A stretch of 64,000 nt of DNA from Octopus vulgaris (taxonomy: Eukaryota). The position numbers and the translations under genes were made by a program. A model generated the notes under the pieces. The model did not search any database, was not told where the DNA came from, and worked only from the letters and a program-made list of their open reading frames with translations. The stretch is taken from positions 64,480,001 through 64,544,000 of the forward strand of contig OX597831.1 of the NCBI GenBank assembly GCA_951406725.2, read 5' to 3'. Positions 37,277 to 48,470 of the stretch are shown here, one piece after another (the first letter of the stretch is position 1; every line of letters begins with the position of its first letter).

Positions 37277-37950
37277 TGCAGATGTGGCTGTGTAGTAAGA
37301 AGCTCGCTTCCCAACCACATGGTTCCAGGTTCAGTCCCACTGTGTGGAGCCTTGGGCTGACCTGAGCTTTGTGAGAAGATTTGGTAGATGGAAACTAAAA
37401 GAAGCTTGCTTCCCAACCACATGGTTCCAGCTTCAGTCCCACTCTGTAGTACCTTGGGCATGCATCTTCTACTCTAGCCTTGGGCCAATCAAAGCCTTGT
37501 GAGTGGATTTGGTAGACGGAAACTGAAAAAAGCCCATTGTATATATATGTATGTACTTTTGTGTCTGTGTTTGTCCCCCCACCATCGCTTGACAACTGAT
37601 GTTGGTGTGTTTACATCCCCGTAACTTAGCGGTTCAGCAAAAGTAACTGATAGAATCAGTACTAGGCTTACAAAGAATAAGTCCTAGGGGTCGATTTGTT
37701 CGACTAAATGCTGTGCTCCAACATGGCCACAGTCAAATGACTGAAACAAGTAAAAAGAAAAAAAAAGAATATATATGTGTGTGTCTGTTTGTCCCCACCA
37801 CCACTGCTTGACAACTTGTGCTGGTGTGTTTACATCCCAGTAAACACAGCAGTTCAGCAAAAGAGACTGATAGAATAAGTACTGGGGATTGATGCATTCG
37901 ACTAAAAGCATGGCTGCAATTAAGTGACTGAAACATGTAAAAGATAAAAC
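37277..37950 (+). mobile_element. Cluster of SINE family A copies/fragments
   Basis: Duplicated head and two tails. Confidence 0.8.
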
Positions 37951-38340
37951 AAAAAAAAAAGATATGTATGTATGTATGAACGTAAGTATGTGACAGTATG
38001 GTAACTGAAGGGGTTTCACTGATTTCTTGTATGAGATACAGACAAGGGAATTTATTGCCTAACCCATTTTATAGTATTTTCTAAGTTGGGAATAAAAAGT
38101 ATGAGAATTTGTGATGCCTATTCCCTAAGCAATGCTGTTCCATTGAAATAAATATTTTCCAGCAAAAACTGCTTAAAAAAGTCATTTGCTTTTAAAAGAT
38201 AAGAAATACTTCTGCATACAGTTAATCAAGATAAGTCTTGTTTTTTTCCAGATCATCATTTGATTTGTTCAAGATAATCTGATAATGTTTATAAGCCCTG
38301 TATATAAATTAGCTCCAGTAAAAATATAAACTGCTATACT

Positions 38341-38742
38341 CTTACTCTTTTACTTGTTTCAGTGATTTGACTGTGGCCATGCTGGAGCACCGCCTTCAGT
38401 CGAGCAAATCGACCCCGGGACTTATTCTTTGTAAGCCCAGTACTTGTTCTATCGGTCTCTTTTGCCAAGCTGCTAAGTTACAGGGACGTAAACACACCAG
38501 CATCAGTTGCCAAGCGATGTTGGGAGGAAAATCACGGACACACAAACATATACATACATACATACATACAGATATATACGACGGGCTTCTTTCAGTTTCT
38601 GTCTACCAAATACACTCACAAGGCTTTGGTCGGCCCAAGGCTATAGTAGAAGACACTTGCCCAAGGTGCCACGCAGTGGGACTGAACCCAGAACCATGTG
38701 GTTTGTAAGCAAGCCACTTACCACACACCCACTCCTACGTGC
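38341..38742 (-). mobile_element. SINE family A
   Basis: Full-length reverse-complement match. Confidence 0.9.
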
Positions 38743-38882
38743 TATATTAGGGATGTTATAAATAATACGTTTTCAATAATGTTAAACTTAATTCTGTTGC
38801 TATTTTCCTGAATGTTTTTATAAACATTACGTTTTGCAAAATCGTTAATATTAATAATGATGAAACAATGTTTCTATTTCAG

Positions 38883-39010
38883 TATAACAGAGTTAAACGA
38901 ACTGATGAATGATGAGGGCAAACTGTTTGAAATGCTTCAGAATCTACCTGAAGTGATCAAAATTGAGAAAGAACGCCAACAAATGTCTGATGAATGTATT
39001 AGCCTTGCAG
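38883..39010 (+). CDS. VPS37A: VPS37A-like coding exon 7 (Mod(r) domain start)
   Basis: atttcag| ... G|gttagt; ITELNELMNDEGKLFEMLQNLPEVIKIEKERQQMSDECISLA; phase 2/1. Confidence 0.93.
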
Positions 39011-39556
39011 GTTAGTTAAAATCAACAGCTGTCAATCACGACAGCAATTTTTCATTTCCATTGTTTGGGAATTTTATTTGTTACGCGTGTAGATAGAATT
39101 AAAGTTAAGAATATTAATATATGTGATTTAACTTAGAGTTTCAGTTACTAAATTAATTGGGACTTCATTTATGAAAGGAAGACTTCAAAGTGTTGTGTCC
39201 CTCAAATTATTATCACGTTTAGTCTTATTACATGGTTAGTAGAAATTTTCGGATGTATCGGGTACATCGTCTCAATTTTGTCAGCATTCTAATCATATAA
39301 GCCATTCAAGGGAAAGTTCTAATGCCTATGCAATTTAACTTTACCAATGTTTGCATCAGAGAATATATTATTGAATTCTATTATATTTCATAGTACCAAC
39401 TTACAAGATGTGAGCCTAGATTAGTAGACATAGGTTATCATTCTGTCATCTCTTACTTAGTCTGACCCTGTTATGAAAGTCATTTTCTGGTTTTGATCTT
39501 CTGCAGTATTATATTTTAAATTTTTATCATTTTTTTTTTAAATATACGTTTTATAG

Positions 39557-39615
39557 AAAAAAATTTGAAGAAAAAACCAGTGACAGAACAACTTAAAAAG
39601 TCCTTGCTAAAGAAG
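39557..39615 (+). CDS. VPS37A: VPS37A-like coding exon 8
   Basis: ttatag| ... |gtaaga; (E)KNLKKKPVTEQLKKSLLKK matches RKNLLLEPSLEAKRQTVLDK; phase 1/0. Confidence 0.9.
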
Positions 39616-40535
39616 GTAAGAAAATAATCAACATTTTGTAGTTACTAAAATAAATATTAGTTCACCAGAATTATTGACAATGCTAAAACATGGCTGTTGT
39701 TTCTAATGCTTTTTCTTGATTTCAAATGTTTAATCCTACTAGGTGTATATGTATACACTATGATGTATAAATATAATACCAGTTTATTAAACTATCAATA
39801 AATTAATAAATTACTTGTACATTTTGTTTCATTACTGTATTGTACTACAGAATATGTAGATTTTAACCTGCACTGTATCTAATAAATAGATGTAAGCAAC
39901 TTACAGACAATATCTTAATATTAAAGAAAGTATCGTTTGTAAAGTTAAGGTGTTTACATCTTGTTGAACATCATCATCATCGTTTAACATCTGCTTTCCA
40001 TGCTAGCATGGGTTGGACGATTTTGACTGAGGGCTGGCAAACCAGATGGCTGCACCAGGCTCCAATCTAGATTTGGCGGGGTTTCTACAGCTGGATGCCC
40101 TTCCTAACGCCAACCACTCTGAGAGTGTAGTGGGTGCTTTTTATGTGCCACCGGCACGGAGGCCAGTCAGGCAGTACTGGCAACGACCTCGCTCGAATCC
40201 TTTTATACGTGCCACTGGCACAGGTGCCAGTAAGACGCAGCACAGAAATTGGGCTAAGAAAGGCAGTGAATTTATACTGATGTATATGTCTTCTGTGTTT
40301 TTCAAAGAAAGGAGTAATTTTGTGAAGGTAATATATGTAGCTGTTTGTAGATAGTGGGACATGTATAATTAACGGGGGACTCAGTATGTGATACAAATTA
40401 TAATTGAATTTGATTTTAGTTTTGTATGCATGGAGTACAGTCAGTTCTAATATGATGTTTCAAGTTACATCTTAGTCACATATCAAAGAAATATGGGAAA
40501 ATAATATAAACTAATTATCCACTATTTCCTTCCAG

Positions 40536-40698
40536 CTGGACGAGTTGGAGATGTTACAGAACGAATTTGAAGAAGAAAGTGAGCACCATATGTGTCTGTC
40601 TGACCAGTTTCACCCCACCAGTATTCAAAGTAACATAAAGGTAGCCGTAATGGAAGCAGATGAAAAGTCAGAAAAGATTGCTGAAGATTTTCTTAATG
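40536..40698 (+). CDS. VPS37A: VPS37A-like coding exon 9
   Basis: cttccag| ... G|gtaag; LDELEMLQNEFEEESEHHMCLSDQFHPTSIQSNIKVAVMEADEKSEKIAEDFLN matches LKVAAHEAEEESDNIAEDFLE; phase 0/1. Confidence 0.96.
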
Positions 40699-40725
40699 GT
40701 AAGATGGGTTTTCACTAGACAGGCT

Positions 40726-41142
40726 GGATCTTTTCGGTTTGAATGGCAGTTTTTTCTAGCGGTGTCATATGAAATTGTCACCCATAATTATGACCCTAGT
40801 ATCGATCTATTGCATTTCAATCTGTTTTAGGGTTAGGGTTAGGGGTGGGGGGAAGGGTATCTTTTTTTCTTCACAAATGTAAATAAACCCAATCTATTTC
40901 TTAAACGAGGGACATATTCATGCGGCACAGAATGTTTTTTACCTCAACAGACGTCAGTGATTGGTTGAAATTGCAGAAATTGAGGAAAAAAAACAACAAA
41001 TATCTTACAAACTATAGAATTTTCTCAATAAAGCCAAGAGAAAAAGATGTTTTATAAGCACATTCTATCAGTATACGAAGTTTAACATTTTTTAGTTACC
41101 TAGAAATTATGTTAAAAACTGCCATTCAAACCGAAAATATCC
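40726..41142 (-). mobile_element. Merlin-like MITE family 1, copy 3
   Basis: Same TIRs; 8-bp TSD GACAGGCT; 27 nt downstream of the exon 9 donor. Confidence 0.9.
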
Positions 41143-41559
41143 GACAGGCTTTGTGTGGCATTCAAGCAACAGTATTATTCTTCGAAGGGTAAAATGGTAG
41201 TTGTATATTGAATGCAAAATCATTGATTATTCAATTGATCTTTTCCAAAGGTTAGGAAATAATGTCTGTTGAAATAGACACTTTCTCTCATAGACTTTAT
41301 CATGTGCCAAGGGTGTTGTACTCTTGGACAAGATACATAACTCTGCTTGCATATTCAAAACAGAATTCATTGAGACAGATTTTCTATGGTCAGATGACCT
41401 TTCTGTTTCCAACCAAGGTAATGGCTGGACATGTTTTCACAGAAGGTTAGAAATAAATAACACCATTTATGTAACGTTTTTAAAACTCCATAGTTGGTGA
41501 GTGAAGGAAGTTGTCCTTGGACTAAAAATTGTTGATGTTTGTTCCTTTGAAAAATTGTT

Positions 41560-41836
41560 GATGTTTGTTCCTTCTCAAGCCATGCCTGGCTCATAAGGGC
41601 CGGTTTCTTGGTGTATAGGTTCCCCACCTGGACGGGACGCCGGTCCGTTGCAAGTGAGCTGCAAGATGCAGGAGGAAAGAGTGAGAGAAAGTTGTGGCGA
41701 AGTTTCGCCGTTACCTTCTGCCGGAGCTGCGTGGAGCTTAGGTGTTTTTGCTCATAAACACACACACCGCCCAGTCTGAGATTCGAACCCACGATCCCTC
41801 AACCAAGAGTCCGCTGCTCTAACCACTAGGCCTCCA
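41560..41836 (-). mobile_element. SINE with family C-like head and V-domain-like core
   Basis: tRNA head GGCCTAGTGGTTAG..GGTTCGAATC; core GGACCGGCGTCCCGTCCAGG; (CAA)-type tail. Confidence 0.65.
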
Positions 41837-42321
41837 CTTGAAAACTTGCAACAGAGTGTACTCCATACTCCATTAAAGGCACTCAGAGGCCAAGTGGTGG
41901 CAATGATTTAAGTCTGTCACTCAAGAACAGAAATGGTTTCTTTGACAGGCTTCCACACAGATTCTGATGACCAAATTTCACTTGACCTGAAGAAGGTACT
42001 GCAGTGAAATTCAATCTGAAATTATGTTATTATGGAGCAATTATTTTTTTACTACAGGGTCCTATCTTCATCCTTCCATATTCCTACAAAAACAGGGACA
42101 GCCATGGTTTGAATGACTATCAGTCCCCCTAAACCCCAAACCTGCCCATTCAACCAACGTTTACAAAACGATTGAGATCTATAAAAATCGATTTAAATAC
42201 TTTCTATTTATAGAAAAATAATTTACTTGAAATTTAGCTACTTTTAAATATAAATTTATAAACTTAAGTAGGAAATTGTTTTCTCAAAAGTAATTACAAT
42301 TGTTTATAATATTCATTACAG

Positions 42322-42371
42322 GAAAAATTGATATTGAAGAATTCAAACAATGCTTTACAGAAGAAAGAACT
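42322..42371 (+). CDS. VPS37A: VPS37A-like coding exon 10
   Basis: attacag| ... |gtgagt; (G)KIDIEEFKQCFTEERT matches GKMEIDDFLSSFMEKRT; phase 1/0. Confidence 0.95.
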
Positions 42372-42501
42372 GTGAGTAAAATCTTGTGTTTTTTGAAATC
42401 TTTTTTCCAGTCTTTTTTTCCACTTTTTAATTTTATTTAATACCAACTCTTAATACCAGTCATTCTTCTTTTTCATAGTATTTGTCTATGTTGTTTATAG
42501 T

Positions 42502-42504
<3 letters not shown>

Positions 42505-42539
<35 letters not shown>

Positions 42540-42903
42540 AATTATTGTATCCAGTGCTCAGGTGCACCACAACTTGTCAAATGTGCCTATAAAGTATATG
42601 CAGTAATGCACAAATGTCTGGAAAGCGAACAGTGAATGAGTGAGATACATGCTTGCGTGTGTATGGAGGGGAGAAAATCAGGTGTAGTGTTGGCGAATCT
42701 CAGGAAGCATGGAAGCTTTGAAGGATGCACTGCTCCGACAACTAACAACTGATGCCGGCAGTCTGTTCCATGCTTCAGCAACTCTTAGCGTGAAAAAATG
42801 TTTCCGGAAGTCATGGGAGCTGTGCTGTTTTCTGACTTTGTAAACATGCCCACGGGTGTTAGACGGGTGGAGTTTGAAAAGGTGCTCAGAGTTATTGTTT
42901 GTA
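42505..42903 (-). mobile_element. 5'-truncated CR1-group LINE 3' end (sister subfamily of the intact element)
   Basis: High similarity to the ORF2 C-terminus at 27766-27990; same terminal hairpin and (ATT)n tail. Confidence 0.9.
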
Positions 42904-44385
42904 ATGCTAAAGAGTTAAAGCGATCTAAGTTAAAACCTTCCATCAAAATTTTATATTAATGCTCCAAACATCAGCTTTAATAAGGACAATAAATTCTTTA
43001 TTATTTTCAAAATTAATTGTAACAAAAGCAGTGTATTTCTACAACAATATACAAATGAAAGGATTAATAGAATGAAATTATGTGTGGCTATTATTGCAGT
43101 TGTTAAAAATTAAAGTACTTCTTCCTTGTATTTCACTTCTTCATCATCATCATTGAGTTAATCCGTCTTCTCCTCCTACTCATTTCTCATCATTTCTTTA
43201 TTTACGAGATTATCTTGACATGCATTGTTAATGTAACATTTCTTTGTATGAGACAGTGCCTGATAATCTTTTTAATAACACTAACGTACAGAAGGATGCT
43301 TATGTGTGCTTAATTAGAATTAATAATGCTTTAGGCTAAGTGACTATCACAAAGCCAACAATAAAAACTATATCTGTACATGTGTGTATGTAGAGAATGA
43401 GAGAGAGACAGACAGACAGACAGACAGATAGAGATAATGATGCTAATAAACAAATGAAACCGCTTAGGTTAGATATACAAAATATACACACATATATACA
43501 GAGAAAACAAGACTGAAAATATTCAGAAATTGCATATTAATGTTTAAATATACAGATATTTACATATTAACAGAGCAAACTTACACTGAATACAAAGACA
43601 CAGAAAATTAAGGGGAGAGGGTATGGTATTATGAGCCTATTATGTATTTCTAGGGGCTTGAAATTACTTCATAATGTTGGCAGATATAGTTTGCAAAAAG
43701 TCAAGGATATGCAACCAGTAGCAGAAGCATATAAACATTAGGTAGATTTGGCCCCTGTTTTCAGAGTGGAGAGATGGGTACCTAACAAATATATATCTAT
43801 GTGTGTATCGATAATAATAATGACGATGATGATGATCATCATCATCATCATTTAACGTCCGCTTTCCATGCTAGCATGGGTTGGACGATTTGACTGAGGG
43901 CTGGAGAACCAGACTCCAATCTGATCTGGCAGAGTTTCTACAGCTGGATGCCCTTCCTAACGCCAACCACTCCGAGGGTGTAGTGGGTGCTTTTACATGT
44001 CACTGGCACGAGGGCCAGTATCGTGGTACTGGCAACAGCCACGGTGGTTTTTACGTGCCACCTGCACAGGAGCCAGTCCAGCGGCACTGGAGACGACCTC
44101 GCTCAAATATTTCACATGCCACCAGCACAAGTGCTGGTAAGGTGACGTGGTAATGATCACACTTGAATGATGTGCTTAATGTGCCACCGGCACAAAGGCC
44201 AGCTTGTTGCTCTGGCAACGATCTCCCTCGTATGGTACTCTTAGCGCTCCACTAGCAACAGATGCCAGTCAACGAGTTTGATTTTGACTTCGATTTCACT
44301 TGCTTCAACTGGTCTTTGCAAGCTGAGTTTAGTGTCCAATGAAGAAAAGGCATGCACAAGTGGACTGGTTACACCCCTAGCATGA

Positions 44386-45280
44386 TAATAAGGATTATTA
44401 CAAAGTAGCATAGCATTACCTTTAATTCTTTTTATATATACAGCTTTACATAGACCTACACATGTTTTAACTGCTCTGATTAGTTAACATTGCAATTGCA
44501 ACCCTACTATAATAATAGTGCAGTTTCTTTAGAGATCTTCACTTAATATCTTTCAATTTAACTGTTCAAAGTTTTTCGTTTATCTACTCTGTATGATGTA
44601 GAGTTGTTTGTTAAGTTAGACATGAACCATCTTCAATTCAAGTTTTGAATGGATAATCACTTATAGTTCGTTATTTCAAAACATTCTGTTTAAATGTTTA
44701 TTATTCGTTTATACTGGGCAAATGTGAATTTCCTCATGTGCAAGCATCTCAAAGTTTGTTCCTTTCTAGAATGTATTACATTACCCTTAGATGTAAAAAT
44801 TTGGTAAAATTCTTCTAAACTTAGGTCACATCTATTAGTTCATGGTTTGTATGGTTTTGCAGTACAAATTAGTTCACAGTTGATCGTATAGTCTTTGTTT
44901 CTGTCTTTAATAGAACCAGATCAGTTTACTAAGACTTGTTTGGAATCTTTAATTTTTAACTCTAAATGAACTCAAATGATTTATACTGCAAAACCATAGA
45001 GACCTGGAACTAAAATATGTGATTTATGGTTAGAAGAATTTTACCAAATTTTTACATCTAAGGGTAATATAATAGATTCTAAACAAGAACAAGCTTCGAG
45101 ATGCTTACACATGAGGAAATTCATATTTTCTCAGTATAAATGAATAAAAGTGAAGACCCTGAAGAAACTGCACCAGTATTATAGAAGGGTTGCAGTTAAA
45201 ACGTGTAGGTCTATGTAAAGCTGTATATATACAAAAAGGATTAAAGGTAATACTATGCCACTTTGTAATAATCCTTATTA
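44386..45280. repeat. Large imperfect fold-back inverted repeat
   Basis: Outer arms about 44386-44530 / 45150-45280; inner arms about 44717-44880 / 44968-45127. Confidence 0.85.
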
Positions 45281-45548
45281 TTTTTATTATTGTTGACATT
45301 ATATACTCCCGAATTCCTATATCGTTAAGGTAATATATTCAAAATTATCCAACAGAATATATCTCTAAATTCTTATCTTATGAGAATATTAGATTTATAT
45401 ATTAATTGATGAATAACTTATTTTAAATACCAGAGAGCAAACTGGTAAACATTTGGAGTAATCCCTTACTATTTACAAATAAATATATATATATATATTT
45501 GTTTTCCACCTGCCTTCGTCTTTTGTCTATTTTCATAAAGCTTCCCGT

Positions 45549-45584
<36 letters not shown>

Positions 45585-45673
45585 AGATACATCTATTGGG
45601 TGGCAAATATTCGTTATAAATATCACCACCAGTGGCCCAGCATGTATAAATAGTCAATAGACAACATATTCAT

Positions 45674-45976
45674 ATTTTAAAATAGAAAATTACCTTGTTA
45701 TTTAATGGTTATACCATGGTTTTGAATTTCTTTAGCAAATAATATTATTCGCCTGGTGGATAATATTGTTTTGCTAAATTACCTATTAAAGGATGGCAAA
45801 TAATGTTATTTGCTAAAGAAATTCGAAACCATGGTATAACCATTAAATAACAAGGTAAAAGTTTTTATTTTTCATTTACTTCGAAATTTGCTATTAAATT
45901 GTTTTTGGCCGTGTTGGCTGCTATTTCTAGCATGTAAAAAATTACCTGTTAAAGGGTGGTTTTCTATTTTAAAATA
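45674..45976. repeat. Nested inverted repeat
   Basis: About 65-bp arms 45689-45753 / 45795-45858 plus 17-bp outer arms. Confidence 0.8.
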
Positions 45977-46134
45977 AGAATATATATATATATATATGCG
46001 ATGATTTTTGGTAAGTGGTGTTGAATTTACAAATCAGTAAACAATAATAATATTTTATAAGCTAAAGTGATCACTGTGCATTGACTAAGTAGGGTTCTCC
46101 ATATGTGTATACGTGTATTACGTGTATATATATA

Positions 46135-46428
46135 GGCACAGGAGTGGCTGTGTGGTAAGTAGCTTGCTTACCAACCACTTGATTCCAGGTTCAGTCCCAC
46201 TGCATGGCACCTTGGGCAAATGTCTTCTACTATAGCCTCGGGCTGACCAAAGCTTCATGAGTAGATTTGGTAGGCAGAGACTGAAAGAAGCCCCACCATC
46301 GCTGGACAACTGATGTTGGTATGTTTACATCCCTGTAAATTAGCAGTTCAGCAAAAGAGACTGATAGAATAAGTACTAGGCTTACAAAGAATAAGTCCTG
46401 GGGTCAAATGACTGAAACAAATAAAAGA
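46135..46428 (+). mobile_element. SINE family A (deleted)
   Basis: Head and tail without the central microsatellite. Confidence 0.85.
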
Positions 46429-46519
46429 ATATGTATGTGGATGATAGTGTTGTTGATGATGATGATGTTGGTGGTGGAGGTGGTGAACGTAAGATTACAC
46501 AATTTAATTAGATGTGCCC

Positions 46520-46745
46520 TAGATGTGCAGAAACATTAGCACACTGGGCGAAATGCTTAGCGGTATTTCGTCTGTCGTTGCATTCTGAGTTCAAATTCCG
46601 CCATGGTCGACTTTACCTTTCATCCTTTCGGGGTCGATAAATTAAGTACCAGTTTCGCACTAGGGTCGATGTAATCGACTTAATTTCTTTGTCTGTCCTT
46701 GTTTGTCCCCTCTATGTTTAGCCCCTTGTGGGCAGTAAAGAAATA
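46520..46745 (+). mobile_element. SINE family B just upstream of the last exon acceptor
   Basis: Match to the 25921 copy. Confidence 0.85.
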
Positions 46746-46801
46746 TATTTACTCTTTGTTTTTTTGTTTTTTTCTACTTTTCTCTTTCTTTTTTTTTGTA
46801 G

Positions 46802-46879
46802 TTATGCCACTGTCGGAGAGCCAAAGAGGAAAAACTGAACCAAATCATACTGGCAAGCGGATTCTATCCTCACATGTGA
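46802..46879 (+). CDS. VPS37A: VPS37A-like coding exon 11 (terminal)
   Basis: Long polypyrimidine tract then tgtag|; LCHCRRAKEEKLNQIILASGFYPHM* contains the conserved CHCRRAKEEKL; TGA at 46877-46879. Confidence 0.96.
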   Translation, partial: LCHCRRAKEEKLNQIILASGFYPHM

Positions 46880-47252
46880 TCTAGTGAAGTGTTCTTCAAA
46901 GAAAGTGAAATTATTACTCCTATGAATATCTTTAAAAAAAAGAATATATCACAGTTACTCATAGCATTGTACCATATATAGGGTAAATATATTGCCCTCA
47001 GTGACCTTTGTATAGCCACTACATAAAGGACATCGCAACACTTAATTCACAGAAATCTGTTTCTCATCTTGTACAAAAACTATTGGAAAATTATTATTTT
47101 GTTTCATTATAAAGAGGTTACTTTCTACCCTCTCTCCTACCTCTTTTTTTTCTCTTGTTTTTTTTCCAAACTTTCCGGAACTAATTTTTCTACTGGCCTT
47201 CTAATTTATCTCCATAGTTCCACAATTGATATCAGTATGATATGTAAAAATG

Positions 47253-47263
47253 AATAAAATAAA
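47253..47263 (+). terminator. Candidate polyadenylation signal(s) of VPS37A (overlapping AATAAA x2)
   Basis: AATAAAATAAA about 375 nt after the stop, followed by T/GT-rich tcttgtcttttgtttt. Confidence 0.55.
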
Positions 47264-47296
47264 TACTCCAAACAGTATCTTGTCTTTTGTTTTAAA

Positions 47297-47856
47297 AATA
47301 ATAATGAAATTATTGTATACAGTGCTCAGGTGCACCACAACTTGTCAAAAAGTGCGTATAAAGTATATGCAGTAATGTACAAACGTCTGGAAAGCAAACA
47401 GTGTATGAGTCAGATACATGCTTGCATGTGTATGGAGGAGAGAAAATCAGGTGTAGTGTTGGCGAATCTCAGGAAGCATGGAAGTTTTGAAGGATGCAGT
47501 GCTCCGACAACTAACAACTGATGCTTCAGCAACTCTCAGCGTGAAAAAATGTTTCCGAAAGTCATGGGAGCTGTGCTGTTTTCTGACTTTGTAAACATGT
47601 CCACGGGTGTTAGACAGGTGGAGTTTGAAAAGGTGCTCAGAGTTATTATTTGTAAGATGGTTAATAATTTTATGGGTGTCTGCCAAGTCAGCTGCCAGAC
47701 GTCGGAGTTTCAATGTGTCCATGCCCAGGGAGGTAAGGCGTTCAGAATATGGCAAATGCCTGATGGAGGGTATTCTTTTGGTTGCACGTCGCTGAACGCC
47801 TTCCAGAAGATTAATATCCTGGGCAAGATAGGGGTTCCAGACCGGTGATGCAAGTT
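47297..47856 (-). mobile_element. 5'-truncated CR1-group LINE 3' end (sister subfamily)
   Basis: ASPVWNPYLAQDINLLEGVQRRATKRIPSIRHLPYSERL...FFTLRVAEA is nearly identical to the ORF2 C-terminus; same 3'UTR as the 42505 copy. Confidence 0.93.
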
Positions 47857-48014
47857 GCCGTTTTAGATATTTAAAGCAAACTACATCTGAAAACAAAATT
47901 TCATTCGCCATCATACTGCCCTACGCTACAACGAAAACTTTTCGGAAAATATTAGTTCATTTCATCATCAATGTTTTTCTCTATTAGGATGGTTGAGTAT
48001 CTTTAATGAAGATA

Positions 48015-48470
48015 CTGATAATAATTAATTCGTTTATTGGCCACAAGGGCTAACAAAAATCAATTAAAACATAAAGGGACAAAACACAGGACGAAAGTTA
48101 CAAAGGGTTTTGTCCGTTTGAAAAAAATTCGTGTACAAAAGCAGGATAACAACATGTAAGTAACAATTAAAACTCCCAATAGGAGGAGGCGCTTCAAAAG
48201 GTTACTCGTGGAAAAACCCATAAAAGCCACGGGAGCCTGGTCAAAAGGTGGGTAGAGAGCCCCTTTCTCCTTTTATATTTCCTTTTAATTTTTTTTCATA
48301 GGTGTATCCTCTGAATTGGTCCGTTCATACTGGCCATTCTTGCGACATTCACCCACCTTTCAATAAACTTGCTACCAGACACAGCACTTCCCTCTCTACT
48401 CTCATCTTCCTTTTCAAGTGAAACTTGAAAAAGTTGATGAGGACTTGACCAAAGAGGAAAGTGTCTGACA
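48015..48470 (-). mobile_element. Tx1/L1-like LINE 3' fragment
   Basis: LINFFKFHLKRKMRVEREVL..KFIERWVNVARM C-terminal pattern, followed by a pyrimidine-rich 3'UTR and (TTA) end. Confidence 0.55.
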
